Of a stretch of DNA of 16,594 nucleotides, positions 8,409-16,594 are shown in pieces. Under the pieces are notes generated by a model, which did not search any database, had not been told where the DNA came from, and saw nothing but the letters and a program-made list of their open reading frames with translations. The stretch lies in assembly GCA_027340875.1 (NCBI GenBank), contig DAIENX010000108.1, forward strand, positions 1 to 16,594. Reading direction: 5' to 3'. This DNA is from Elusimicrobiota bacterium (lineage in GTDB: Bacteria; Elusimicrobiota; Elusimicrobia; Elusimicrobiales; UBA9959). Made by a program: the position numbers and the translations under genes. How positions within the stretch are numbered: position 1 is the stretch's first letter; each line of letters opens with the position of its first letter.

Positions 8409-9407
8409 ATGACGAAGACCTCGACCCTTATCCTTATCGCTGCTCTCGCGGCTCCGGCCGCGGCCGAGCCGGCGCTCAAATGCCCGGACCTCAAGCCCAG
8501 GGCCCGCTCCCTGAAGGTCATGAGGATGCAGCCGCTCCGCCGCGGCAAGAACTGGCTGGCCGGCAGCGCGGGCAGCATCAATTCCGTCTCCTGCGACATG
8601 TACGGCATGAAGACCGGCGAGGCAGAATACGACGGCAAGAACCTGGTGCTCAAGCAGGCCTACGAATACCGCGACACAGAGGCTACCAAGGCCTTCTGCG
8701 CCGGGCTGAAATCGGAGGAGAAGCTCACGACGACCTTCAGCGAGGAGGCGCGCTCCTCCCTGGACGACTTCTGCCGCAGGAACAAGAAGAAGGACTTCAG
8801 CATGGTCCTCGTGTACGACGATTCCCCCTCGCGCGGCAAGGAGACCACCCGCAAGCCGATACGCAGCATCTTCCGCATCTTCGACAAGCGCGGCTTCGTG
8901 GCGGAGGAACACTCGTTCGACCCGTTCATGACCCTGGAAAGCGTCACTCTCTACACCTACGACAAGGGCAACAATCTGACGCAGCTGGCCGTCAACGACA
9001 TGGACGGCCGCCAGCTGCGCCGGGAGACATACTCCTGGAACAAGCCCACCGCCTCGCGGACGCACTCGGTCTTCGGCGAGACCAACCAGCTGCAGCGCAA
9101 GACCGTCACCGAGCTGCGCGAAGACGGCACGGTCAGGCGCATAGTCCGCACCGACTACGACTCCGGCGAGCAGCCCGTCACGCGCAGCGAGACCTACTGC
9201 GACGCGAAGGGCGCCCCGGAGAAGGAGCTCGTCTACGACGCGGACGAGGCCGACCCGAAATACGAGTACGACTACTCCCACAAGCTCGACGACAAGGGCA
9301 ACTGGACCGAAGAGCGCCGCACCCGCGTCACGGTGTTCAACGGCAAACGCATGCCCGACTCCTCCGGTCCGCCGGAGATCACCGAGCGGGAACTGCTCTA
9401 CTACTGA
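8409..9407 (+). CDS. Secreted hypothetical protein with YD-repeat-like beta motifs
   Basis: Signal peptide (ILIAALAAPAAA|E); recurring YTYDKGNN, YCDAKG and YDYSHKLDDKGNWTE; strong GC3 codon bias; AGGTGG RBS and TATAAT upstream. Confidence 0.75.
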   Translation: MTKTSTLILIAALAAPAAAEPALKCPDLKPRARSLKVMRMQPLRRGKNWLAGSAGSINSVSCDMYGMKTGEAEYDGKNLVLKQAYEYRDTEATKAFCAGLKSEEKLTTTFSEEARSSLDDFCRRNKKKDFSMVLVYDDSPSRGKETTRKPIRSIFRIFDKRGFVAEEHSFDPFMTLESVTLYTYDKGNNLTQLAVNDMDGRQLRRETYSWNKPTASRTHSVFGETNQLQRKTVTELREDGTVRRIVRTDYDSGEQPVTRSETYCDAKGAPEKELVYDADEADPKYEYDYSHKLDDKGNWTEERRTRVTVFNGKRMPDSSGPPEITERELLYY

Positions 9408-9421
9408 CCCCCGGAAGGGTG

Positions 9422-9462
9422 AAAAAGAACCGGCCCCGCATCGCGGGGCCGGCGCTTTCTTT
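9422..9462. terminator. Intrinsic terminator, likely bidirectional
   Basis: CCGGCCCCGC-atc-GCGGGGCCGG stem flanked by AAAAAGAA and CTTTCTTT. Confidence 0.8.
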
Positions 9463-9476
9463 CAGAGAGGAGAAGC

Positions 9477-9683
9477 TTACTGAAGCTTCTTCACGTTAAC
9501 GGCCTTCGGGCCCTTATCGGTATTCTCGGTCTCGAACTCCACTTCCTGGTTCTCCGCCAGGGTCTTGAAGCCTTCGCCGAGTATGGAAGAGTGATGGACG
9601 AAGAGGTCCTTGGAACCGTCCTCAGGGATGATGAAGCCGAACCCCTTCTTGTCGTTGAACCACTTAACTTTACCTTTTGCCAT
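9477..9683 (-). CDS. cspA: Cold-shock protein (CspA family)
   Basis: GKVKWFN, RNP1 KGFGFI, RNP2 LFVH, KGPKA; GAGGT RBS. The paralogue letter cannot be determined. Confidence 0.95.
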   Translation of the reverse strand: MAKGKVKWFNDKKGFGFIIPEDGSKDLFVHHSSILGEGFKTLAENQEVEFETENTDKGPKAVNVKKLQ

Positions 9684-9743
9684 TTGCTTATTTACCTCTC
9701 TTTAATTGCCGATACTTCAGGGCCGTTCCCGGCCGTTAAAGAC

Positions 9744-9774
9744 ATTATATATAAAAACGCGTTGAGTTTAGCAA
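9744..9774 (-). promoter_or_regulatory. Sigma70-like promoter for the cold-shock gene
   Basis: Minus-strand TTGCTA...TATATAAT (spacer 17-19 nt depending on register). Confidence 0.55.
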
Positions 9775-9787
9775 GGCCGCGGGGCCG

Positions 9788-12334
9788 CTATTCCTCGCTC
9801 CATTTCATATATAGCGGCATCAGCGAGTTGATGGCGTCCGGGTGCCGGCCTATCACGCGCACCGCGAAGTCGTGCCTGCCGCTCTTATAGCACGGCAGGT
9901 CGCCTTTGTAGACGTACGCCTCCCCCATCCTGGCCTCGTTGCGCATCGAGACGGCCCGCCCCTCGCGGAACATGCCGTCCTCTCCTGCCGTGCCCGAATA
10001 TATCTGCACGTCCACGTCCTCGGGTTTCAGGTCCCCCAGCCAGACCACGGCGCTGAGGGGCAGCTTCACCCCGGAATGCACCTCCATCTCGGGCTTGAAA
10101 TGGTCGACAACCACCTTCACGCGGGGCCAGTTGTCGTGCAGCTTTTTGCGCCACCTCGCTATCTCCGCCACGCGCGAGTTGTCCGCGAACCTCTTGGAGG
10201 AGCGGTGCGCGGGCGAGTAGAACTTCTCGTGGTACTCGCGCAGCATGCGGTTGGTGTTGAAGTGCGGCACCAGCTTCTGCACGCAGGCCTTCATCATCCT
10301 GATCCAGCCGTGCGGCAGGCCGTCCTGGCCGCGTTCGTAGTAGAGCGGGGCGATCACCTTCTTTATCAGATTGTAGATGGATTCCGCCTCGACGTAGTCG
10401 CGTTCCTCGTCAGAATGGTACGACTCGGAGCCGCCTATGGCCCAGCCCACGTCAGGTGAGTAGCCCTCCGGCCACCAGCCGTCCAGCACCGACAGGTTCA
10501 TCACGCCGTTGATAGCGGCCTTCATGCCGCTGGTCCCGGAGGCCTCCAGCGGACGTATCGGATTGTTCAGCCAGACGTCGACGCCCTGCACCATGTAGCG
10601 CGCGACGTTCATGTTGTAGTCTTCCACGAAGATGATGCGGTGCTTGAAGCGGGGGTCCAGCGACAGGCGGGCCACCTGCTTGATGAACTCCTTGCCGTGC
10701 GCGTCGGCCTGGTGGGCCTTGCCCGCGAAGACGAACTGGACCGGCATCTTCTCGTCGGTCACAAGCTCCAGCAGGCGCTCGAGGTCGCGCATGAACAGCG
10801 TGGCGCGCTTGTAGGTGGCGAAGCGTCTGGCGAAGCCGATGGTCAGGTACTCCGGGTTGAGCGCCCTGCCCACCTCGTCCAGGACGCTGCGGTCGGCTCC
10901 CAGGCGCGTGTGCTGCCGGGTCAGGCGCTCGCGCACAAGCGTGACCAGCTTCTGCTTGCGGGTCATGTGCGTGTCCCACAGTTCGCGGTCGTTGATATCG
11001 TTGATCTTGGGCCAGTCGCAGGAATCGGGCACGCCGTTCCCGCCGCCTGCGAGGGACTTGCTGTAGAGCTTGTGGTGCTCGTGGCTGATCCAGGAGCAGG
11101 TATGCACGCCGTTAGTTATCCCCTCTATCGGGATCTCGTAGCGCGGCAGCTCGGGCCACAGCTTGTACCACATGTCGCGCGACACGTCGCGGTGCAGCAG
11201 GCTGACGCCGTTGAGGAAGGCGCAGAGGCGCATGGCCACCACGGTCATGCAGAAGCCCATCGAGGTGTGCTCCTCCTTGCCGATCTCGAGGAACTCAGGG
11301 AACGAGAGCCCCAGGTCCTTGACGTAGTGCTCGAAGTACTTGCGCACCAGCTCGAAGTCGAAGTACTCGTTGCCGGCCATCACCGGCGTGTGGGTCGTAA
11401 AGGCCGAGGAGGCCCAGACTATCTCGCGCGCCTCCGCGTAGGAGAGCCCGCGGGTCTTCATCATGTGGCGGATGCGCTCGAACAGCAGGAAAGCGCTGTG
11501 GCCCTCGTTGACGTGATAGACCGTGGGCTCCAGGCCCATCGCGGCCAGCGCCCGGCGGCCGCCGATGCCGAGCACGATCTCCTGGCGGATGCGGTTCTCG
11601 CGGTCTCCGCCGTAGAGCTGCTCGGTTATGGCGCGGGCGGCAGGCGAGTTCTCCGGCAGGTTGGTGTCCAGCAGGAACAGCGAAGTGCGCCCCACCGGGA
11701 CCTTCCAGATGCCCACCTCCACCTTCTCTCCGGCGAGGTCCACTTCGACGCGCAGCGGGTTGCCGGAGGCGTCCTTCACCACCTGCACCGGCATGTTGTA
11801 CCAGTCGTTCTCGGGATAGCGCTCCACCTGCCAGTTGTCGCGGTTGAGCACCTGCTGCACGTAACCCTTGCGGTAGAGCAGGCCTACGCCCACCAGCGGC
11901 ATCCCCAGATCGGAAGCGGACTTGAGGTGATCGCCCGAGAGCATGCCGAGGCCGCCGGAATAGATCGGGAGTCCCTCGCCAATGCCGTACTCCATCGAGA
12001 AATAGGCGACGAGCATGTCCTTGTCCTGCTCCTGGGCGTGCTTGGCGTACCAGGTGGCCTTGTCAGCCATGTAATCATCGAACTTCCTCTTGATCCCGGC
12101 CAGGCGCGAGATGAAGTCCCCGTCCCTGCCCAGCGCCTCCAGCTTCTCCGGCATCAGGGTTCCTAGTATCCATTTAGGGTTGCGGTGAGAGCGGTGCCAG
12201 AGGGCGTCGTCTATGCTGACGAACATCATGATGGCGTCCCAGTTCCACGTGAACCACATGTTGGTGGAAAGCTCATCGAGCGCCTTAAGGCTGTCCGGCA
12301 GGTTGGGGATTACGTTGAAGGATTTAATTTTCAT
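9788..12334 (-). CDS. glgP: Alpha-glucan (glycogen/maltodextrin) phosphorylase, GT35
   Basis: YFSMEYG, YSGGLG, NEGH, FTTHT, ITNGVH, FARRFATYKR and the PLP-lysine motif EASGTSGMK. Confidence 0.97.
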   Translation of the reverse strand: MKIKSFNVIPNLPDSLKALDELSTNMWFTWNWDAIMMFVSIDDALWHRSHRNPKWILGTLMPEKLEALGRDGDFISRLAGIKRKFDDYMADKATWYAKHAQEQDKDMLVAYFSMEYGIGEGLPIYSGGLGMLSGDHLKSASDLGMPLVGVGLLYRKGYVQQVLNRDNWQVERYPENDWYNMPVQVVKDASGNPLRVEVDLAGEKVEVGIWKVPVGRTSLFLLDTNLPENSPAARAITEQLYGGDRENRIRQEIVLGIGGRRALAAMGLEPTVYHVNEGHSAFLLFERIRHMMKTRGLSYAEAREIVWASSAFTTHTPVMAGNEYFDFELVRKYFEHYVKDLGLSFPEFLEIGKEEHTSMGFCMTVVAMRLCAFLNGVSLLHRDVSRDMWYKLWPELPRYEIPIEGITNGVHTCSWISHEHHKLYSKSLAGGGNGVPDSCDWPKINDINDRELWDTHMTRKQKLVTLVRERLTRQHTRLGADRSVLDEVGRALNPEYLTIGFARRFATYKRATLFMRDLERLLELVTDEKMPVQFVFAGKAHQADAHGKEFIKQVARLSLDPRFKHRIIFVEDYNMNVARYMVQGVDVWLNNPIRPLEASGTSGMKAAINGVMNLSVLDGWWPEGYSPDVGWAIGGSESYHSDEERDYVEAESIYNLIKKVIAPLYYERGQDGLPHGWIRMMKACVQKLVPHFNTNRMLREYHEKFYSPAHRSSKRFADNSRVAEIARWRKKLHDNWPRVKVVVDHFKPEMEVHSGVKLPLSAVVWLGDLKPEDVDVQIYSGTAGEDGMFREGRAVSMRNEARMGEAYVYKGDLPCYKSGRHDFAVRVIGRHPDAINSLMPLYMKWSEE

Positions 12335-12369
12335 TATAATGCGGGCTCCGTTCTCTGCTGATTAAAGTA

Positions 12370-12399
12370 ATTCTACAAAAATTGCCGCACGCCCCTCAA
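12370..12399 (-). promoter_or_regulatory. Putative glgP promoter
   Basis: Minus-strand TTGAGG-18 nt-TAGAAT, followed by GGAG before the ATG. Confidence 0.45.
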
Positions 12400-12434
12400 A
12401 AGACCTGCGTCAAGGCCGCGGCCGGCGCGCCCGT

Positions 12435-12463
12435 TTGTACAAAAGCCGTTTTTTTTATATGAT
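12435..12463 (+). promoter_or_regulatory. Sigma70 promoter of tRNA-Ala
   Basis: TTGTAC-17 nt-TATGAT about 45 nt upstream of the tRNA. Confidence 0.7.
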
Positions 12464-12507
12464 ATACGTGGTTCCTTCAAACGCCGCACCGTTGAGGTAG
12501 GCAATTC

Positions 12508-12583
<76 letters not shown>

Positions 12584-12588
12584 GATTT

Positions 12589-12617
12589 AAAGGCCTCGCA
12601 AGAGGCCTTTTGGTTTT
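12589..12617 (+). terminator. tRNA terminator hairpin
   Basis: AAAGGCCTC-GCAA-GAGGCCTTT followed by TGGTTTT. Confidence 0.75.
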
Positions 12618-12649
12618 CCGGATGAGCTAGCCATAATAATGGCTCGCGC

Positions 12650-12793
12650 GGGGGATCGAAAGGCGGAGCCGCGAGGACAGCAGTCCGCAGCGGCGAGCCG
12701 GGGTCGCGACCCGCAGCGGGTGGAGCGGGCAAAGCCCGCGACAGAATTCAGTGTTCAGGCGACGGCGAGCGGAGGAGTCGTGACAGATCCCCC
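12650..12793 (+). other. Structured non-coding element bounded by inverted copies of the tRNA T-arm
   Basis: Closing stem GGGGGATC/GATCCCCC; internal arms 12662-12699 and 12703-12784 folded by hand. Confidence 0.65.
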
Positions 12794-12805
12794 TCACGTC
12801 CACCA
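12786..12805 (+). repeat. Exact 20-bp direct repeat of the tRNA-Ala 3' end (att-like)
   Basis: GATCCCCCTCACGTCCACCA is identical to 12564-12583. Confidence 0.95.
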
Positions 12806-12841
12806 AATTTAAAAGCCCCCCTCAAAGGGGCTTTTAAATTT
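12805..12841. terminator. Bidirectional terminator-like hairpin after the duplicated tRNA end
   Basis: AAATTTAAAAGCCCC-7 nt-GGGGCTTTTAAATTT; pairing extends imperfectly to 12794-12852. Confidence 0.7.
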
Positions 12842-12936
12842 GGCGGGCGTGAAGCGAGACATAATGATGTCTGTCACGGATAAAGCGCATAGCGCTTTCC
12901 CGCAACCCCGACTCAAAGAACCACGGATAAATTTGC

Positions 12937-13851
12937 ATGAAACTACTGCTGGCAGCCCTGGACAACCTGGGGGACACGGTCCTCGCCGTGCCGGTGTACC
13001 TCGCCCTGCGCAGGATCACCGGGGCAGAGATCTCGCTGTGGACCAAGGACTATTCGTCCGGCCTGGCGCCCCTCATCGACGGTTCCCCAGAGATCTTCAA
13101 CTGCGACCCTTTCTGGGACAGTGCCCCGTGCCGCGCCAAAGGGAGCCTGCGCCTTTTCCTGAGCGCGCTCGGAGGCATAAGGGCCGCCGGCTTCGATTCG
13201 GCCGTCATATTGCGCGCCAACTGGCGAAAGAACCTCTCGTGCGCCTTCGCCGGCATCCCCGAGCGCTGGGCCGCCGGCGGCGCCTTCCGCACCCGTGTCC
13301 TGCCGCGCCAGGCCGCAGGCGAGCACATACTGGACTCCTACCGCGCGGCAGTGACGGAGATCACCGGCACGGACCCGGGCGAGCTGCGCTGCTCGCTGAA
13401 AAGGCCGGCCGTCGTCTCTCCCGGCCTGCGCGCCGCCGTGCACCCTTTCTCCGGCAACGCCGCGCGCAATCTTCCGCCCGCTGCCTGGCTCGAGACGATC
13501 TCCGGTCTCCGCGCACGCGGCTTCGAGGTGACCGTTATAGCCTCTCCGGAGGAGAAGGCTTCTTTTCCTCCCGGCGCGGAAGCCGTCTTCTCCTGCGACA
13601 TCGCGCCGGACCTCAGCGGGCTGGCCTCGATAATTTCCGCCGCGTCCCTCTTCATCGGGCACGACTCGGGCCCGCTGCACATGGCGGCCGCGCTGGGCAC
13701 GCCGTCGGTAGGCATAATCCAGGACCTCAAGATACCTGTAATAGGGCCCCGCGGCTCCGGCCCGCTGGAACTGGCCGTATTCTCCAAGGCTCCCGCCGAA
13801 CTTGGGGCCGCACAGATACTGGCGGCGGCCGGCAGGCTTCCCGGGCCCTGA
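12937..13851 (+). CDS. Glycosyltransferase family 9 (ADP-heptose:LPS heptosyltransferase-like)
   Basis: N-terminal LGDTVLAVP, VHPFSG and IGHDSGPLHMAAALGTPSV motifs. Confidence 0.9.
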   Translation: MKLLLAALDNLGDTVLAVPVYLALRRITGAEISLWTKDYSSGLAPLIDGSPEIFNCDPFWDSAPCRAKGSLRLFLSALGGIRAAGFDSAVILRANWRKNLSCAFAGIPERWAAGGAFRTRVLPRQAAGEHILDSYRAAVTEITGTDPGELRCSLKRPAVVSPGLRAAVHPFSGNAARNLPPAAWLETISGLRARGFEVTVIASPEEKASFPPGAEAVFSCDIAPDLSGLASIISAASLFIGHDSGPLHMAAALGTPSVGIIQDLKIPVIGPRGSGPLELAVFSKAPAELGAAQILAAAGRLPGP

Positions 13852-13899
13852 CCCCCGCCCTACCGCGCCCCGTCATTTGTTAGAATATATCCCGACGCT

Positions 13900-15057
13900 A
13901 TGCACAAACGCCTCACCGTGCTGCACCTCGACGACGGCAGGGAACTGCGCGGCGGCCAGCGCCAGCTGCTCTACCTGGCCAAGGAGCTGCAGGAGCTCGG
14001 CCATGAGAACATCGTGGTCTGCCGCGACGGCTCCCCCCTGCACGCCGCCTCCCTGCGCAAAGGGCTCAAGGTCCTGACGCTGCCGTACTATTTCGAATGG
14101 GACCCTGTCTCGGCGCTGCTGCTGCGGCGCGCGATAAAGGCGCTCCCGCCCGGAGACGCCCCCCCGGTGCTGCACGCGCACACCTCCCACGCCGCCGCGA
14201 TGGCCTGGCTGGCCTCGGTCGGCACCGACTGCGTGCGCCTGGCCCACCGCCGCGTGGATTTCATCCCCGGCTCGATGACCGCGCGTCTTAAATATTCGCG
14301 CGCGCACGGGGTCATCGCCATCTCCGGGGCCGTGCGGGACATCCTGCTGAAGGCCGGAGTGCCGGAAGAGAAGATCGCTGTCGTCAACAGCACGATAGAC
14401 CTGGACGACACGCCGTGGGGCCCGGGCGAGTTCGATGCCTACCGCTACGCCGCCCGCGCCGAGCTTGCCGCCGAGCTTTCGATACCTAAGGACGCCTTCT
14501 GGGCCGGCTCGCTGATAGCGCTGGTCCCGCACAAGGATCCGGAGAACATGGTCCGGGCCGCGGCCGAGGTGCTGAAGCGGTCCCCGGGAGCCTACTTCCT
14601 GGTCGCCGGCGAGGGCCCGCTGGCCGAGCGCACCGCCCACCTCGCCCGGCTGCTCCGCATACAGGACCGCTTTCTGCTGATAGGCTACAGGCAGGACCCC
14701 TATAAGGTACTGGCCGCGCTGGACGCCTTCGTGCTGTCCTCCGCCGAGGAAGGCATGGGCAGCGTGCTGGTGGAGGCCATGAACGCCTCGCTGCCGATAG
14801 TCGCCACCACGGCCGGCGGCATCACCGACGTGATAGAGGACGGGGCCAACGGCCTCACCGTGTCGCCGCGCGACCCGGCCGCGCTGGCCGCCGCGCTGCT
14901 GCGCGTGATCGGCGACCCGGCCCTGCGCTCCGCGCTGGCGGCCGAGGCCCACCGCCGGAGAGAGGATTTTTCGTCGCCGCGCATGGCGGCGCTGACGCTC
15001 AAATGTTATGAAACGGCCATTGAGAATTTTAAGCGTAATAGACATCCCGTGGAATAG
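13900..15057 (+). CDS. Glycosyltransferase family 4
   Basis: GGQRQL, LHAHTSH, VIAISGAV, HKD and EGMGSVLVEAM (E-x7-E) motifs. Confidence 0.92.
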   Translation: MHKRLTVLHLDDGRELRGGQRQLLYLAKELQELGHENIVVCRDGSPLHAASLRKGLKVLTLPYYFEWDPVSALLLRRAIKALPPGDAPPVLHAHTSHAAAMAWLASVGTDCVRLAHRRVDFIPGSMTARLKYSRAHGVIAISGAVRDILLKAGVPEEKIAVVNSTIDLDDTPWGPGEFDAYRYAARAELAAELSIPKDAFWAGSLIALVPHKDPENMVRAAAEVLKRSPGAYFLVAGEGPLAERTAHLARLLRIQDRFLLIGYRQDPYKVLAALDAFVLSSAEEGMGSVLVEAMNASLPIVATTAGGITDVIEDGANGLTVSPRDPAALAAALLRVIGDPALRSALAAEAHRRREDFSSPRMAALTLKCYETAIENFKRNRHPVE

Positions 15058-16084
15058 CGGGCTGGCCTCCTACGCCTTCGACCAGGCCCTGGCGCTGCGC
15101 GGCGCGGGGCACGAGGTCTTTTTCGCCTGTCCCGCAGGGAGCGCGGCCGCAGCCTTCGCGGCCAGGGAGGGTTTCAGGTCGTACGTGATCCCCGGCAGGA
15201 AGAGCCGCCTCGGCCTGCCGCTCGCCGCGCTGAAGCTGCGCGCCGCCGCCAAGGCCTGCTCCGCCGACGTGGTCTGCGCCCATACCGGCTCCACGCAGAC
15301 CCTTTCCTGCCTGCTGGGCCTGCCGCTGATCAGGGTGAAGGCCGACGCCAGGAAGCCCTCGGCCGGCTTCACTTTCTCGGCGGTGGACGGCGTCATAGCC
15401 GCCTCCGGCTATATCGCGGGTCTTTACGCGGAGGCCGGGCTGCCCTCCGCGAAGGTCGCCACTATACGGCAGGGCATCGCCCTGCCTGACGTGCCGCCCC
15501 CCGCCGCAGGCAAGCCGCTGAAGATAGGCATGCTCGGCAGGCTGGACCCGGTAAAGGGGCATGAAGTATTCCTGAGAGCCGCGGCCATCCTGCTGGCCTC
15601 CGGCGCCAAGGCGGAGTTCCACGTGGCGGGCTACGAGGCCAATATCAAGTACGCCGACCTGCTGAGGCTGGCGGAGGAGCTGGAGATAGCGGACAGCGTT
15701 GTCTTCCACGGCCGCGTCGACGGCCCTTTCAACTTCATCGGCTCCTGCGACGTCGGCGTGATAGCCTCGCTAGGCAGCGAGGCGGTCTCCCGGGCGGCCC
15801 TGGAATGGCTCGCCGCGGGGCGGCCTCTCGTCTCCACCACGGCGGGAAGCCTCCCCGAATACGCCGGCCCGGGCTGGCTCGTCCCCCCCGGGGACCCGGC
15901 CGCGCTGGCCGCGAAGATCGGAGAGCTGCTTTCGGCCCCGGAAAAGATAGCCGCGGAAGGCGAAAGGAACCGAGCCCGCGCCGCCGCCGATTTCTCTCCT
16001 GCGGCTTTCGCCTCCGCCACGCTCAAGATCTTCGAGGACGCCGCCGCAGGCTCCGCGCGCAGGGCCGGCTGGGCGGAGGTCTAG
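15008..16084 (+). CDS. Glycosyltransferase family 4
   Basis: GRLDPVKG, SEAVSRAALEW (E-x7-E) and VPPGDPAALA motifs. Confidence 0.9.
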   Translation: MKRPLRILSVIDIPWNSGLASYAFDQALALRGAGHEVFFACPAGSAAAAFAAREGFRSYVIPGRKSRLGLPLAALKLRAAAKACSADVVCAHTGSTQTLSCLLGLPLIRVKADARKPSAGFTFSAVDGVIAASGYIAGLYAEAGLPSAKVATIRQGIALPDVPPPAAGKPLKIGMLGRLDPVKGHEVFLRAAAILLASGAKAEFHVAGYEANIKYADLLRLAEELEIADSVVFHGRVDGPFNFIGSCDVGVIASLGSEAVSRAALEWLAAGRPLVSTTAGSLPEYAGPGWLVPPGDPAALAAKIGELLSAPEKIAAEGERNRARAAADFSPAAFASATLKIFEDAAAGSARRAGWAEV

Positions 16085-16088
16085 GCCC

Positions 16089-16594
16089 ATGCCCACCCTG
16101 TCCATAGCGATGATAGCGCACAACGAGGAGAGGAACCTCTCCCGCTCCCTTTCCAGCGCCTCCTGGGCGGACGAGGTCATCTTCGTGGACTGCTCCTCCA
16201 CCGACGGCACGGCCATGGCCGCCCGCGGCCACGGAGTCAAGTACTTTTCGCGGCCCAACAGCCAGGCCGTCTATGTCAACAAGCAGTTCGCCGCCGACCA
16301 GGCCTCCTGCGACTGGATCCTGATCCTCGACGCGGACGAGGAGATATCGAAGGACCTGCGGGAGGAGATAGAGCTCTTCATCGCCTCGCCCGGCAGCGCC
16401 GCGGCCGCCGAGATGCCGAGGAAGAACTTCTACTTCGGCCGCTGGCTGCGCCACGGCGGAAAATACCCCGACACCCAGCTGCGCCTCTTCGCCCGCGGCC
16501 GGGCGCGCTTCCTGCCGCTGCCGGTGCACGAACGCCTGCAGGTGGACGGCCCGGTGGCAAGGCTGAACGAGCCGCTGCTCCACTACCCCTATAA
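16089..16594 (+). CDS. Glycosyltransferase family 2 (WaaE/KdtX-like LPS glucosyltransferase); partial
   Basis: Not in the ORF track. Manual translation: MPTLSIAMIAHNEERNL...WADEVIFVDCSSTDGT...DWILILDADE...YPDTQLRLF...VHE; open to the end of the window. Confidence 0.92.
   Translation, partial: MPTLSIAMIAHNEERNLSRSLSSASWADEVIFVDCSSTDGTAMAARGHGVKYFSRPNSQAVYVNKQFAADQASCDWILILDADEEISKDLREEIELFIASPGSAAAAEMPRKNFYFGRWLRHGGKYPDTQLRLFARGRARFLPLPVHERLQVDGPVARLNEPLLHYPY

Noticed and set aside
12650..12805. Second tRNA, intron-split tRNA or tmRNA ending at the duplicated CCA
   Set aside because: No matching 5' acceptor strand or D-arm, the T-loop is broken (ACAGATC), no tag ORF, and the upstream tRNA is already complete
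12875..12931. 10-bp direct repeat CACGGATAAA (12875-12884, 12922-12931)
   Set aside because: Could mark the truncation of the inverted copy, but it is too short to interpret on its own
12840..13883. 347-aa plus-strand ORF (also 8399-9499 +)
   Set aside because: Arg/Pro/Gly-rich alternative frames overlapping better-supported genes
12806..16594. LPS glycosyltransferase cluster as tRNA-integrated island cargo
   Set aside because: It lies outside the direct repeats, and no integrase or obvious compositional shift is visible; a more distant att site cannot be excluded from this window

Overview
GC-rich bacterial chromosomal window of mostly housekeeping and envelope genes. The diderm LPS-type glycosyltransferases and gene mix suggest an uncultured lineage such as Elusimicrobiota, but this is a weak inference. 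Gene order: APC amino-acid permease (partial, -); sixA-like phosphatase, SpoIID/LytB, uppP, AI-2E transporter (+); Fe-S PD-(D/E)XK nuclease and rsmD (-); receiver-MBL hydrolase fusion (+); DUF3467-like (-); secreted YD-repeat-like protein (+); cold-shock protein and glgP (-); tRNA-Ala(GGC); GT9, GT4, GT4 and partial GT2 (+). The most unusual signal is non-coding. Downstream of tRNA-Ala (12584-12914) is a compact structured element bounded by direct and inverted copies of the tRNA 3' end, with a second inverted partial copy showing compensatory base changes. A separate 131-nt inverted-repeat element upstream of the nuclease (5805-5935) carries the same GGA/GA internal-loop hairpin module. No integrase or transposase is present in the window.
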